DNA from: Trichosphaerium sp. ATCC 40318
Lineage: Eukaryota; Protista; Tubulinea
Assembly (NCBI GenBank): GCA_038496445.1
Contig: JALMLS010000440.1
Location: forward strand, 124,001 to 188,000
Direction of reading: 5' to 3'
Length of the DNA stretch: 64,000 nucleotides
Of the stretch, positions 24,712-38,662 are shown piece by piece. The notes below the pieces were generated by a model. It was not told where the DNA came from and did not search any database. It saw only the letters and a list, made by a program, of their open reading frames with translations. Position 1 is the first letter of the stretch, and each line of letters begins with the position of its first letter. A program made the translations under genes and the position numbers.

Positions 24712-25718
24712 ATGAACTTAGGCCAAATACTCACTCTTACCTTCTCTATTGTTCTGATAGTACGTAAAGAAATTGTTACTGAAATATCCATAAAATCGTT
24801 ATGCCTATTTTTTGCCTTTCGACGCGTGTACCACGTGATAGCGGCCTAATAAGGCTAAACAAAAAAAAAGGAAAAAAAACTTTGCCTTTTTCACAATGTA
24901 GCTTATTCTGATTCGCGGTTTTAGGTGTTCAGCGTCTTGTTAATGGGACTTCTTGGTGCATTAACAGATGGCGTTTGCGGAAACACAGTCGATTGCTCGT
25001 TAGAGGCGTCTAATAGAAATCTAGGAGATAAAGACGCCGGTTTTGGTTTGTTTATGACAGTTGGCGGCATTGCTTTAGGTAAGGAACTCAGAAAGTACCC
25101 ACAACATTAAGAAATTACCTGACAATCCCATGTAGGCGTTTTCGGTATCCTAATGTGCTTCATTACATCTCTAGCATCAAAAACTTTCACCACTATCGTA
25201 CGTAAACAAGAAAACAAAAACTGCACCATGTAAAAACCCACGTGGGTAAAAGGGTATTTGCATAAAAAACTCGGGTGAACCTCTCATGTTGTTACCACTG
25301 TTGCCGACTTTTTTTTTTTCATATATTGTCATTTAACGTCATATTTGGCTATCAATGTTTTAGAACAATTTTTTTGCACTTATCACGTGATTGTAGCGGT
25401 GTTTTTCTGACATTCTGGTTTTCCTTTCTTAATTATCGCGATCTTTTTTTTAACTTTTTGTAGTACTATGCCTTGCTAGTGTTCTTCCTTTACTTTACAT
25501 TTGCTACCCTTCAAGTGCTTGCCGCTTCTCTTGACAATGATAGTAAAGATGACTTTACTAAAGTATCCAAAACAGGTACGACTTTTGCTTGTTTTATGTT
25601 TTTTTTCTTTAACTTGTCTGTAGCTTGGGTGTTCACCATGTTCTGGTTTATTGCTGCACTCGGACAAGCCATAGGAGTTTCAATGGGATCTGATGGTGTT
25701 GATAAAGCAAGTGATTAG
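24712..25718 (+). CDS. Small four-TM membrane protein (5 exons), family unassigned
   Basis: Spliced MNLGQILTLTFSIVLI|VFSVLLMGLLG..|..|YYALLVFFLYFTF..|AWVFTMFWFIAALG..; canonical in-frame introns. Confidence 0.7.
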
Positions 25719-26072
25719 TAGAGCTTACGCATACTAATAAACAAAATCCGTTTAATATTTGTTTTGTTTTTGTTTTTGTTCTTCGCTTGACTGCTGTGGT
25801 GCAAAGTGTAGCACTGTGCAAAGTGGTGTTCATGTTCTTTGTGATGAATCTGTGGTTTTTTTCTGGACATTAGCGTGTATTAGTACTCTACCTAATTGCT
25901 GACTGCATTGCAGGCTCGCTGGCAAATAAAAAGTGTTTCAAATTACTGTTTATTCAACACATTGTATTCGAGGAATATTACAGTCAATTTGCGTCTAATA
26001 ACTTAGTTGGTTCATGTTTACATCTATCTTACATCTATCGTATATACATGTATGACTTTGTTAGCGTACAAT

Positions 26073-29000
26073 TTAGTGTGTACTAACAATATTTGGGTTC
26101 CTAGCTGTTATTGAAACCATATTGGGTCTCTTTGGACCGACACCCATGACCTCGACTCCATCTCTCACATATGTGCTATCTGCAGATATTGTAACTACTC
26201 GTGACTTTGAAGAAGGCAACTTCTCGTCAGCCTACACATAATTAGCAACACAATTGTACTGGTGTTTTTTTTAATCGCACGTGAGTGTCATTCTTGTCTA
26301 CGGTATACACAACGCCGCCAATAGCAGCAATAACAACGGCTACAGCTACAACAGATCCGATAGATAAACCAACTATAGCACCTGTTCCAAGACCTCCTGC
26401 GGTTGCTGCTCCTACTGAACCAGCTGTGGATGCAATTACAGTTGCGGTTACTGGTACAGAAGCGACAGAAACTATTACATCATAATTAGTAAGGTACAGC
26501 GATTTATAGTTGTGAACGTACTTGATGAAGGAGCGATACCACTTGAAGTAGCTGCTGTTGACCCGGAAGCAAACAGGTTTTGTAAGTTTGATGCCATCGC
26601 AACAGAAGATACCTTTGAAGTACCAATGAACGTTGTTGATACTGATGTTGTCGCTCCTGCAGCTAATTGTCTCTTTGATGTACATCCAGAACCTGTTAGT
26701 TGCATTGAACCAAAGGCACTTTGTGGAATATTGAGTAACGTTGAAAGACGTTGTAGTACAAATGCTTCAGAAGGACATCCAGATATGACGAAATCTATTT
26801 TTGATTGTGTACTTATCGCCACATCTCTGAAAGAAGCCAGTCCGCTGGCGCAGAAACCCAAGTAACCATTCACATCAGCTCCAGTGAAAGTATAACTATA
26901 GCTTCCGCTCTGTAGAAAATAGTAAGAGACAAAGTACATTTTGAAATTAGACAACATAGGTACGCACAGAATCATCGAATGTTAGGTATGTAATACTTGT
27001 CATGGTTCCATTCTTTACAACTTCAATAGTTACATCTTTCCATGTACCAACAGGCCATTCAACAGACCAAGGATAGTTGGTTCCTCCAATTGGCTAAAAG
27101 AGAAGATGAGTGACATAGAGAATTAACAATTCACTAAAAAAACCCCAAAGTGCATACATTTGTTGGTCCTTCGTAGGCCGTGAAACCAAACTCTGCAGTT
27201 GCATTAGATTTTCCTCTGAAATTAGTCAATATAGCAAAATTACTCCTGTCAGTGGGACCCATCCTGTGTGAATTAGTTAGTTTCATCAAGCCAAACACGT
27301 GTGAAAATTTTTTAACTTACTGTGTTGCAATTGCTGCAAAGTTAGTTTCCGGCGAGCGAAATATTGAAGCAGCTATTTTAGTTGTAGCTCCTTCTATCAA
27401 ATCTTGCGTCCTGAGGTAGGTTAGTGACAATAAGTTTGTGGCAAGATGTCTTTTTTGAAAAATGAATAGAAGCAAAAACTCAAGTTTCACGAGACTATTT
27501 TGGTAAAACTACGATGTTATAGCCCGTACCCTTCCCATTTTATGCATTGTAAAGTATTACCATCTTGATGTATTTGATTAGGTATACTTTCTTCTTGTGG
27601 GAATATACTAAAACAATAAGTCAGAAAGTTAAGATAGAGAAAACGCGACAAAAAGTTGTACCGCCAGTTTGAGATATCACCAAAGTCAGAAAATGTTGAG
27701 AATATTGGTAGTTCGTTATAAAGTGTTGGAACACACTCTGTACCATCGCCTTGATAACCAGAAATACATTTACATGTTGGAGATGATCCTGAGGTATCAC
27801 AAGTTGCCTTAGAATGACACCCTTGACAAGTTTCACACTTAAAGTTTGAACACATGGTTCCACTTGTACAATATCCACAAGAATGACCAAAACACTCATC
27901 GATACTACCACACTCTATGCTTTTAGATGCACAAATGGCGTCGCACTCCTCTGGTGTTGGTTCACTAGGTGGACTAACAACAATTACTTTGATGAAACGT
28001 TTGCCATGATTGGAGGAAACACGTACATTGTAACGCAGAGGTTGCTGGTGCAATTTTGCCCAGACGAACAAGATCCACAACTTATTGTATTACCACAACC
28101 ATCATCTAGAGAGCCACAAGCTTCAGGTGTGCACTCTTGAGAAGGAGTACAAACACAAAGTCCATTCGAGTCACAACTGTTTGGACCGCTACATGTGCCA
28201 CAAGATATATCTTCACATCCATTGTATGCCACACCACATTGTCTTTGTTGCTCGTTACATACATTTGGGTTCCTTGTATTAGTACAAGCAGCTAAGACAG
28301 TTGTTAAAAATGCTCTAATAAACAAGGTGAACTTACAGCATTGATCAGCTGGGAACGGTCTGTTAAATCCACCAAATGAAAAGTATTCATCGAAAGCACA
28401 GTAAGCGTATAAGGAAGAACCACAAGTAGTTGAAGCGCATGCAAACTTGGTTGCTCTTTCGTTTACGATTGTTCTACAAGAAAGATGTCAAAAACCACGA
28501 ATTCAAAGACCATCTTTCATTGTAGACGCACCCATAGTACCATGCAGCGTTAGCGTCTGTATTACTATTATCACTACATTGCCACTTGGTTCTCCAGCTT
28601 ATCCAAAACGATAAAATATCGAAAATATCAGTGACACCAAAAAAACTTTGAGTCAAGTCTGTTCCTCCAATAGATGGACTTTTTCTAGTTGCAGGGCAGG
28701 ATTTTAATTGCTCTTCTATTTGCATTTGCATATCAGTGTCCCATTGTAGAGGTTCAACATTGTATTGTGCTCTATAAGAGAGACTTAGAAGAAAAAAGAT
28801 GAAAACAATCAGAAACACTTATCAGCGAGTAAGTTCAAGAAAAGCGGAAAAAAGAAGAAAATATATCCACATAGCACGTGGCTTGGAGTTTGATAATTTT
28901 ACGGAATATTAGAATGGTGAAGCGTTATTAAGAACACGTGCCTTTCGTCATTGAAAAGTTTGATAATATTGTTGGGGTATGTGTTTTCTGATACACATTT

Positions 29001-31226
29001 ACCATCAATTGAACAAACGTCGCTTCCACTGCAAGTACCACATCCATCTGGTCGATTACAGTTATCTGGTCCGCACTCTCTAGTACCGCACTCGCTCTGA
29101 CAAGCTACACACTGACCATTTATACAGCCATCGGTACCTGTACGAAAAGTTATTAACCAGTATCAATCTTAAACAGTACCTGTGCAAGGAGTTCCACATT
29201 GTACACCAGCGCAGTTTGAAGGTCCGCATACTTTTCCTCCACAATCAGGAGTACAGTTTGAGTCCCAATCCGAAAGACATCTAGAAGCTGAAGCAAGGTG
29301 TCCACAACCTTCGCCTTGGCTGAAGCGAGAGAACTTGTCGTATTCGGTGCTTCTACATGAAAAACTAAGTAAATAAACCGCACTTTATTGACTTACGCAT
29401 AACCTTGTACTGAAGGATACATAATACCAGTGGAAGTTTCATCATGGTTACATCCAAAGTTATGTCCTATCTCGTGACCAATTACACGATGAGCCATGTG
29501 GCGATTGTTCAAATGATTCGATACTCCAGTTCCAGTACTCTAAATACGCATCAACAACTCGCATCTTTGTTGGTTAAAGGACATACAGAACTGCACACAA
29601 CGCCAATCCAAGCCATACCAATTGTACCAGGAGATGGGTAGCAGTTTGTTAGTAAGTGGAGTAGACCGGCAAATGGTTTGTTTAAGCGCTTCCACTCAGT
29701 TGCTTGCTCGAGCTTTGTTCTGAGCGTTGGACAAGTACCGCTACTTTTACCAGCAGTGTTCCAATCTTCTTCTCCAGGTGTAGTTTTAATAAGAAGAAAG
29801 TCGATAGTGATGTGCACATTCTATTGAATACGTGAGTAAGCATGTTGGATCAAACATTCAAACCAACTTACAAAGTCTGTTTCATAGTACACATTCAAGT
29901 CCATCCAAGCTAGAGTAATCGTTAAACAGCTAAATGTTCGGTATTATCAAATACCTTGATTGATGTAGTCTGTAGCCGCTTGAGTAGTTCCTCCGACCTG
30001 ATCATAGAACCCAGCATCAGAAATAACAGCCTGTAGGTAAACAGTTAAAGACATTACTTAAGCCTTGTTCATTCAAAGTAGTACTTGTTTGAGCTGTTTG
30101 GAGGCTTGTGGGCAAGGTGATGGGGCTGGGTATAAAGGAAGTGTATTACCATTAGGAGCAGCTTCAATACTTCTAACGCGTAGCAGTTAACACATGCACA
30201 TTCTGCTATGTAAACACGTGCCTCTTGCTTCTAAATATATCATGAGTATGGTTATGTCCAGAGCTGCAAAGGTGTTCTCGTTCATCAACATCCATGAGAC
30301 TCTCTCTACAAACCAAGGTTAATTAAACTCAACAATAAACAACAAGTTACCTTATGAGAACGTATTCATCATCTGAACTAAGCTTTCCTTTGTGGCTGTC
30401 GTGCATCCATTGTTTATGTCTGTAGATAAAAGGTTACAATGCCAATTTCCAAAAGCAACAACAGTGTAAGTAACAGCGTACTTCTGTTGTAAATTTTGGT
30501 TCAAATAGAAAAAGATCACAAAGTAAATGTCACGTGATCAATTATCAGGAAGTATCGGATTGCTATTCAACGTACTTCAAAGCAGGGTCAAAAACAATTC
30601 TGTCTCCCTTAATTGTGAAAGCACCCGAGAATGTGCCATCCTCGTGAGCAATAAAGCGTAAGTTGTTATGACCATTACCAATAGCTTTGTATGAGTTTGT
30701 AGGAGCAGGAAGGTATATCTTCTCATCTCCCTTATGTACTTCGATCTATTGAGGATTGTTAGTGAGACGCTCTTGTGATAAAAACTTAGTGTAAAAACTC
30801 CTTTTTTCGGGCAAGTGGTGCTTATCTAAAAATACAAAAAGTCGCGATTTTGGTGTAAAGTATAAAAATACAAACATTCACACGTGATATCTAGTTTATA
30901 AAAATAAAACAATCAAAACTTGTTAGTTCTTCCTATTAAAACGTACAACAGCATCAGGCGCAAAGGCAGAGTACTTCACGCATCTGAACACGTATTTATC
31001 TCCATTCGCTCTGTGCATCACTACACGTCTTTCTTCTTTACCCATACGCTTTGATATACGACCAGGACTGAAATCAACTGAACGAGGGAAGGTTAAAACA
31101 AAACAGACCAAACTCTAAGAACGTACTCCTTGTAACGACTTCAAAGTCATTTACACGGTCCCAATACTCTTGCTCAAAGCATGAGACAGTGAAAAAGAGT
31201 AATGTGAGAGCGAACAGTTGCCACAT
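26073..31226 (-). CDS. ADAM/reprolysin-like (M12B) metalloprotease with Cys-rich, CAP/SCP-like and EGF modules and a C-terminal TM helix
   Basis: Signal peptide MWQLFALTLLFFTVSC; HEIGHNFGCNHD plus Met-turn GIMYP (about 29420-29480); RAQYNVEPLQWD..ATKFACA (CAP-like); CHSKATC..CKCISGYQGDGTEC (EGF); TM GAIVGLSIGSVVAVAVVIAAIGGVVY. Confidence 0.85.
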
Positions 31227-32833
31227 GTGAGAGGAGGGAGGAAAGTTTTCGAACAAGTGTGATGAATTTCCGGAACTTCCAAATTTCTTCTAGCGCTTGG
31301 TTTATAACGTTATTCACTTTCTGAGGATTTAGGAAAAAGGCACTTTATCATTCGAGATATTAAGCTCCGCTTAAAATATGAACAAACAATCATAACTAGA
31401 TGAACATTTTGGTGCTAGTCTTTTCAGAAGTTCCTTAATTAAAGGGATGAATACGGAGACAACCACGTTCGAGGTTTAAGGTACTTAATTGTTTAGCTTT
31501 TGTGTACAATTTATTGCGAGCATGTAGTGCCATTTGGGCTCCTACTGAAGTCATATTGGTTCTCTTTAACTAGCACCTATGGACATATCATCGGCTATGT
31601 CACCGCTTGAGTTCATTCCAGCGTGCCTGGGAAGGTTGCAGAGCTATCAACAAAACTTGTTGCTGAACCACTTTGGTAATCCGTATTCAACAAAACATAC
31701 TAGCTCGTGTTTTCCTAACTAACTTGCAAGAATTCCAAGTAGAGGTTGCGTTTTTGGAGAATGTTGCCTCAATGTAAGCTGCTTGCTCAATACTAGAGGG
31801 TAATCATGAATAATACTAACTATAACGACAATAGTGTAAGCACGAGTCAGTAATCTATGAATAGAAACTGATAATGTGCACCAAATTGCTATTAAACAAC
31901 GTATTTGTGCACAAGAGTTTGGCAATATGAGTCATATAGGCAGATTCAATAGTATATTTATACCTAGCCCTACTGTTAAGGGCACTGTATCAATGGTGTT
32001 CGAGTTTAAAACTAACAAGCTAGTACGCTAAGTCAGGAAAAACGTTTTCAAAGTACACCATGCATTCAAGCTATACTGTACGCATCCTTTATCTCTAAAT
32101 GCTGTACTAGAGTCCTGTATATTATTGTGACGAAGGATGGAAGATAAAAAAAAAGACTAAAAGTTTGTATGGACTATTGATACCAGACAAAGGTATGGAT
32201 GTAAAAGACTTTGTTTTCTAACTATTTTTAAAAGAACATACTTCAAACAGAAAGTGTCGGGATATCCGAATGGACTTGAGATATATCATGTATACCTAAA
32301 TGACCCATACTCCATTGTTCTTCTTAATCATGTATACGGTCAACTTTTACTAGCCACGCTATACTTGTGTAGTGAACTTATTGCTTTAGCCTACAACGTA
32401 TTTTACAAAATGTACAAAATACCAAACAACCTGGCTTAAAGTCACGTGATAAACTTGAGGCAAATAAAACTTACAAATCAAATATTTTAGTACTTGTTCC
32501 TTTTATAGCTTGACCTTGGTGCAGCTCATTCATAAAAAATTTTATTTACTACAAGAAAACTTGAGTGTTCCTTATCAGAGAGTGTTGACATCACGGATTA
32601 TTCAACAAAGAACCCAGTATATCGATAAAAAGGTCAACAATATTCCATTGTTTGAGGTCATCACCGTATGCAGCTAATACTACACCTTTTTCTCTTCCAT
32701 ACTAGTTAGATTACGGGTATCATAACTAAAATAGTTTTACTTGTTAACATGTTCTAAATGTCTTAGTCTAACATGATTTCTTGCTAATGACTTCTTGAGT
32801 AAAATTATTTTATTTTGGGAATAACCACATGTA

Positions 32834-33923
32834 CTACAGTACAACTAAAGACAACCAAGCAACACAAGAAAAAACTATTAATACGATACTAACAGAATTC
32901 AGTTGTGTTGAAGAAGTAGGTGCTGCAGTTGTAGGCGTAATTGTTGGTGCTTCTGACAGTGACGTTGATGCTGTTGGAGAAGTTGTTTGACTAGGTGGCA
33001 TTGTTGTTTGTGAGAGTGTTGGTGGAACTATTGTGGTTGGTGGGATCGTTGTTGTAGGTAGTGTTGTTGGCAGTAAAGTTGTTGGTGGGAGTGTTGTCGG
33101 TGAAAGTGTCGTAGGAGGTAATGTCGTAGGCGGTAGTGTTGGAGGTAGGGTTGTTGGAGGGAGAGGTAATTTTTGAAGTATTATCTTTCTGAATCCACGT
33201 GAGTCGTTATTAGTAATAGTTGTACCACACCTGTTTGATACAATTAGCATGTGGTATCAAACCAAACTACAAACAAGAACGTACCTCCAACCACCTATGA
33301 GGAAATGGAAACATAATTTCTTATTTAACTGTCCGTCCGCGTTGCCATCACACGTATTAAGGTTAATTGTATTTACAGGTGTGAACCCAATTGATCTTTC
33401 GCCACGATACCAATATGCACCATTTATAAAAGTTTGGGTTTCTGACTCCTCAAATGGTGCTATATCCTGTGTTAAGACTTCTGTACTTCCAATTGCTTGT
33501 AAAAGAGTAAGTTTGAGAGTGGGACAAGTTAATAAACAAGCTTCAGTTCGCACAAGGATGTCGAATACAAGAAACTTGTTTCCTTCTTTTTTTCAAGTCT
33601 TTTACTTTTACACGTACCATAGACGATAAAGTTATTATCACTGCCAACACACCCCATGAGAGTCATTATGTCTTCCTGTGTTGAGCATTGAGCTAATTCA
33701 GAATCTATATCTGCTCCCCATCGAACATTCACGCAAGGCGTCCAATCAGCATAGTCACTTAGAGAGTCTTTGTTAACTTGAATGCCAGTAACTGGATAAT
33801 TAAGCTGGCATACTGAATTCTGAACCTAGGCCAATGTTAACGCATGATTTATCGACCTTGGTGATCTACACGTACGTGTATAAAGAGTATGAGAATACTT
33901 GAAACAAAGAAGAGCTTCATCAT
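32834..33923 (-). CDS. Secreted Cys/Trp-domain + short PPTTL mucin stalk protein, copy 1, with a hydrophobic GPI-type tail
   Basis: MMKLFFVSSILILFIH signal; 4 exons; NGAYWY..SIGF..LCFH..GGWRCG domain; ends SIVLIVFSCVAWLSLVVL*. Confidence 0.8.
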
Positions 33924-34269
33924 GTTGAGTTGTAAGTAGTTTAAGGTTGTGTACTGAATACTGTACTTTTTACATAAAAACTGCTGTCGTTTTATGATTT
34001 TCTAAAAATGTAGCGTTGCTATGAGGTCATTATAGTAGCGAGAGTATGAGTTACAAGTATTTATAACATCTGAAAATCCAACAAACAATTGGTAGTATTT
34101 GTCTTGTGATTTCGGCAACGAAACTGCAGTATTTTATTTGTGCGTCTCTCCACTGTCTTTGAGTGTTGGTGTTCCTATCAGGAGTTGACCCACACTTCTT
34201 TCTTTGCAGGTTGATAAATAAACGCTCCATCACGTCAGATTACACGGAAAATTTTGTCGATAGATCACG

Positions 34270-34327
34270 TAACGCCCTTCCGTTATGAATGAATAATTTG
34301 AATATTCAAATACAGCCTACATTCACA
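34270..34327 (+). repeat. 58-bp dispersed repeat, second copy at 40341-40398
   Basis: taacgcccttcc(g/a)ttatgaatgaataatttgaatattcaaatacagcctacattcaca, one mismatch between the copies. Confidence 0.85.
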
Positions 34328-35090
34328 AATATTCACGACTAAAAAAATTCATTCATTATTCATGACCTTTTTGCTGCCACTTATGCAGTAGAAAATTGAT
34401 CGCGCAGTATTGGTTTACAGTTTGGCTGTTACAATTCTACTTACAATAAGAACTACAATAACGTATCACAGACAAGAGTACTGCACACATGAATACGTTG
34501 TGAGTGACGGTTTTACGATTTGCCGCCACGAAAATAAAGCATCATAAAACTGAAGTTGTTGGCTTTTTTTTCGGTCTCTATGTGCTTTTTTTTCATCCAA
34601 ACACTTGCATATGTTCTAAAAAGCATAGTTCTATACATAGAGTGGTTGAAAGCCATATATTGAGTGAGTTTAAGATATCTACATTTTAGCGGTAAAACTA
34701 AGTCATTGTAGCACCTTGAGCCTGCCACGTGATCTATTTTTTGCTGTATCAAAACCACTTTTTAGTACTTTCCACGCGTAGAAATAGCCAGAGCTTGGGG
34801 TAAAAACATATTTTAACATAATTTTGTAGTTTGCTCTATTTGTTGCTTTTTCTTAAAAAAAAGTCTCAGACATTGTGAGGATGTAAAGAAATGGGCAGTA
34901 GAGCGAATTTTACTAAGCAGTACCCATTTGGAAAAAAAATCATCAACAACTTAGAAACCCGTAAAACAGTGAATTTATTTTATGTATACAAGCTACTATA
35001 TGTTAGGTATATGCGTGTAGCTTAAGAGAGCTCTAAAAACTATTGACCATTCTCCATCAGTCGATTAAGTTTTTTTGTCATTTTTCCGTA

Positions 35091-36347
35091 TTAAAGACAA
35101 AAAGTCTCATCTCCAATGCCATTATTTTCATCCAAAACATCTAGTATGCTCCAGTCAAATGCCTTGCGTACTCTTTTATCATTAGCAGGAACTTGACTAG
35201 CAACAAAATCCTCATCCAATTCCCAAAATGGCTGTACACGTGTTTTCTCCGTTACAGACGTTTGGGTAAGACTTGGTATGACTCATAAATCAACTACAAA
35301 CGCCTACAACGTGTACAAGAACATGGCGAGCGGCAATCACCCACATCCCACCCAAAAATTTCCTTTTCAATTTGTTTTAAAAACCTGTAAAACTTTCTTT
35401 TATTTTCCAAGTGTTTCTTGTATAATAGATAACAAATGCTTGGCGCTGCGCTAGAGCCACAAGACATTTTGTCTTCCTCCCAAACATCGTCTAAGTTGAG
35501 TCCCTTTGGTTAGTTGATAGAAGAGTAGTAGTTAGTATCAGAACTCTAATTCAAAGTTTTTTTCTTGTTTACTACTCTCGTATTCAAGCAACTCTATTTT
35601 TCGAACTTGATACTGTAACTCTGCACCTTCTTGCATACCTACTTTGAGTTTTAAGAAACGCTACCACGTGTTGTTGCACTTTGTTGTTAAACGCATCCAA
35701 CTGCCTATCCTTGTGTAAGTGTGATTATTGGAGTAGTTTGACGCACTGTTTTTGGTATTTTTTTGAGTTTTGAAAACGGTCCAATAAGCCTTCCTCTCCT
35801 CTTACACGCTTTATAGATGCGTTAACAACACTTTGCAGAAGTTGGTAAAAAAAAAATAGGCACGTGATTTTGTGTTGGCATGAAATCTCAAGCCAAAATC
35901 AAAAAACGGCAGCCAAACTCTCAGAAGTAGTAGTAAAATAGGTGCTGTAGAGTTTGTCGGCTTTTGGCTGCCGTTTTTTGGTTTTAGACATACCTTTACC
36001 GCAATTGCGTTTTCATTCCGACACTGAGCACACGCAAATCCTTTATCCGCTTCGCTATGCACATCTAACAAACAAAGAAAGCTTCCCATGTGCCATTGGT
36101 CATTTTTGTAATGTACTGTAACTCTAGAGCCTTTAGCAGCCCTGACGTATTCACAGCACACACAACGTTCCACCTGCGCCGTGCAACAGCAGTATCAGTA
36201 CTGCCAAAGCCTAACAGGTGGAGGAAATAGTGATTTAAATTCTTCGCAGCAAAAATTTGACTTTTTTTGCCCGTAAACAGTATTGATTTTTTTTTGACTT
36301 TCAAAATAACACAAACGCACTAAAACTAGTGACAACATGTTTCCCAT
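35091..36347 (-). CDS. Possible small multi-exon hypothetical gene inside the left-arm-specific insertion
   Basis: Signal-like MGNMLSLVL|ALAVLILLLHG and an acidic last exon ..QPFWELDEDF..FDWSILDVLDE..*. Internal exons are not resolved. Confidence 0.3.
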
Positions 36348-36909
36348 GCGTATTTACGTGTGTACAACAAGTGGCACTGCTTAGCAAAATTCGCTCTAAT
36401 AGGAATTTGGTAAATGTAGAGCTGACATCGTTTTTTTCATTTACAGGTTGGTTGATTTATTGCTACATGCGACGTGACTATGAACGATGTATAAAGAAGA
36501 ACATCCAAAAACTAGTCAGCGTTTCAAACGCTAACAAATTGGATAGTTCCTGTTAGGATCTATTGTTGCAATACGTTACCATTTTAAAACAGTACATTGA
36601 GCTAGTGACATTGACATCAGACATTGCTGTAAGCTTTCTTTTGAAAAACAGTAAAAAGCTGTCCATCATTAGACGCTTGTTTGTCGCAGTAAGGTAGAAC
36701 TTTACAATTCACCATTTTAGTTCTGTATTGAATCAGACCGTGCAAACTGAGAACATTGCAGCCAATCCCTAAAGGCCTACAATACGTAGGTCAAATCAAG
36801 TACACGAATCTAAATAAAAAGACAAAATCTAGCGGTTTAGACTTCACAAAAAGGTATTTCGAAATCACGTGTGCTGTTCTTTACAATATTTTACAATTTC
36901 TTAGCTCAA

Positions 36910-38662
36910 ATGGTTTTCGGTGTCTCCCATGTTTTCTTGATAGCGACGCTACTATCTCTCATTACGCCATGTTACAGCGCTTGTTACAGTACTCCTGATT
37001 CTATTATTGGTCTCTACAAGTTCAGTAATGCCGATAATTTATCCATGAATTCAATCAGCAATTCAAGCTTTGTTTCTCGTTTTACATCAATGCCTACCAA
37101 CATACAGGTAAATAATAAATAACACATAACATTTTTGTGCTAATTGGGACGTTATCTTCAACTCTTTGAAGGTTACACCCGTAATATCAGTTGAAGAACC
37201 AAAATTTGTAGTTTATTTGTTGTTTATTAAAAAAGATCAGTGTCACGTGCTCCGAAAACTCCGTCTGGACAGTTTTTGTATTTTTACATTGTAGGTAACA
37301 TACTACATAGGGATACGTGGGTAACGGCGTACGACTTGAAGGATCCGGGGCGTTTGAAATAAATATTGGCGCTGAAGAATTCGTCCCATTCAGTGCGTTA
37401 GAATCACAAACTGGAACAATAATTTATGTAAATCTCTTTAGCGGACTTCTCTGTTGAGTTCTGGTTCAGACTGCTTTCTAAACCGACTCAAAACAGCACA
37501 CTATTCGCCCTCTACAATGTCACTGGTGTACTAGCATACATCTCATCAGAAGGCCATTTGACAACACATTTTAATACCAACAGCGGTCCAAGTTCTACAA
37601 ACTTAGTGTATCCTGATTTGGTTGATGCAACATGGCATCATTTTGCAATTACCTACTCGAGGCAAGCCAAGAGTTAATATCTATTCTTACCACGTACAGG
37701 ACCAACTCCAGGGTTATTTTTTTCTTTGATGGTGACTTTGGTGGTGGCAATATAGCAGTGTGTTGTATGTTTCATACAGCAAGCCCACTTGAAATTGGAA
37801 ACATGCTTAACGTCGAAATTGACGAAGTACGTTATAGCCACACTGTTCATTATCCATTAACAATCTATACAGGTATCATATTATAATAAAACACTGAGCA
37901 CAAACGATGTATTGAGTATCTTTGTAGCAGGTTCAATTGAATTTTACTAAAGCAACTTGACTTGAAGTTATGATACCACTAGCTGACTCTAATGTTGTTA
38001 GGAAACGATGGTAAATGGATGCCTGGATCACCTTCAACCAATTCGCCAATCGCTCTACCCCCTGAACCGATGCCGGTTGGTGTACAAGTAGAATCTTCTC
38101 GTAAAGTTGTCACACTTGAATCATTTGGAGCGACATGTTCAAATAACACTTTTTGTGTTTTCTTTAACCAAAATGTCGCATTGACTGGAGAGTTAGACTT
38201 GCGTGGCATTACCATTAATGTACAAGGTGCGTACATACTTATAAATATGTTGTTGATATTAATGCTATGTCTCTACCCTTTAGGAAACATCTCATTCAAT
38301 AGTGCGATAATCACAGTTGATGAGAATACAAGAATAACTGTTGAAGGATGTACTTCTTTTGGTACTCTCACAGTTACAGTTGATTCTGTTGTTAATGGAT
38401 TTGAATTATTTAACTCTAATTCATTCTGTGATGAATCTTCAGTTGAGGATGTATTGGTCAAGCGTGCTTCTGGTTGCTCATCACTAAAATCAGGTACAGT
38501 ATTTTTTGATTGTTAGAATACGTGTTTATTGTATTTGTAGAATTGTCTTCTACACGTGCTCTATTTTTTATTGGAGATATATTCCCGTGTACTTCAGGAT
38601 CTATTCAATTGTATAGTTCTCTCATATTTATGATACTGCTACTTGTGTTGCTGTTGCAGTGA
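36910..38662 (+). CDS. Secreted LamG/concanavalin-like + beta-rich stalk protein with GPI-type tail, copy A
   Basis: Signal MVFGVSHVFLIATLLSLITPCYS; DFSVEFW, WHHFAITY, FFFDG and IDEV motifs; hydrophobic end LIFMILLLVLLLQ*. Confidence 0.8.

Noticed and set aside
32593-32815. Possible orphan 3' exons just downstream of mucin copy 1
   Set aside because: Short, with no recognisable domain or start, so it cannot be supported.
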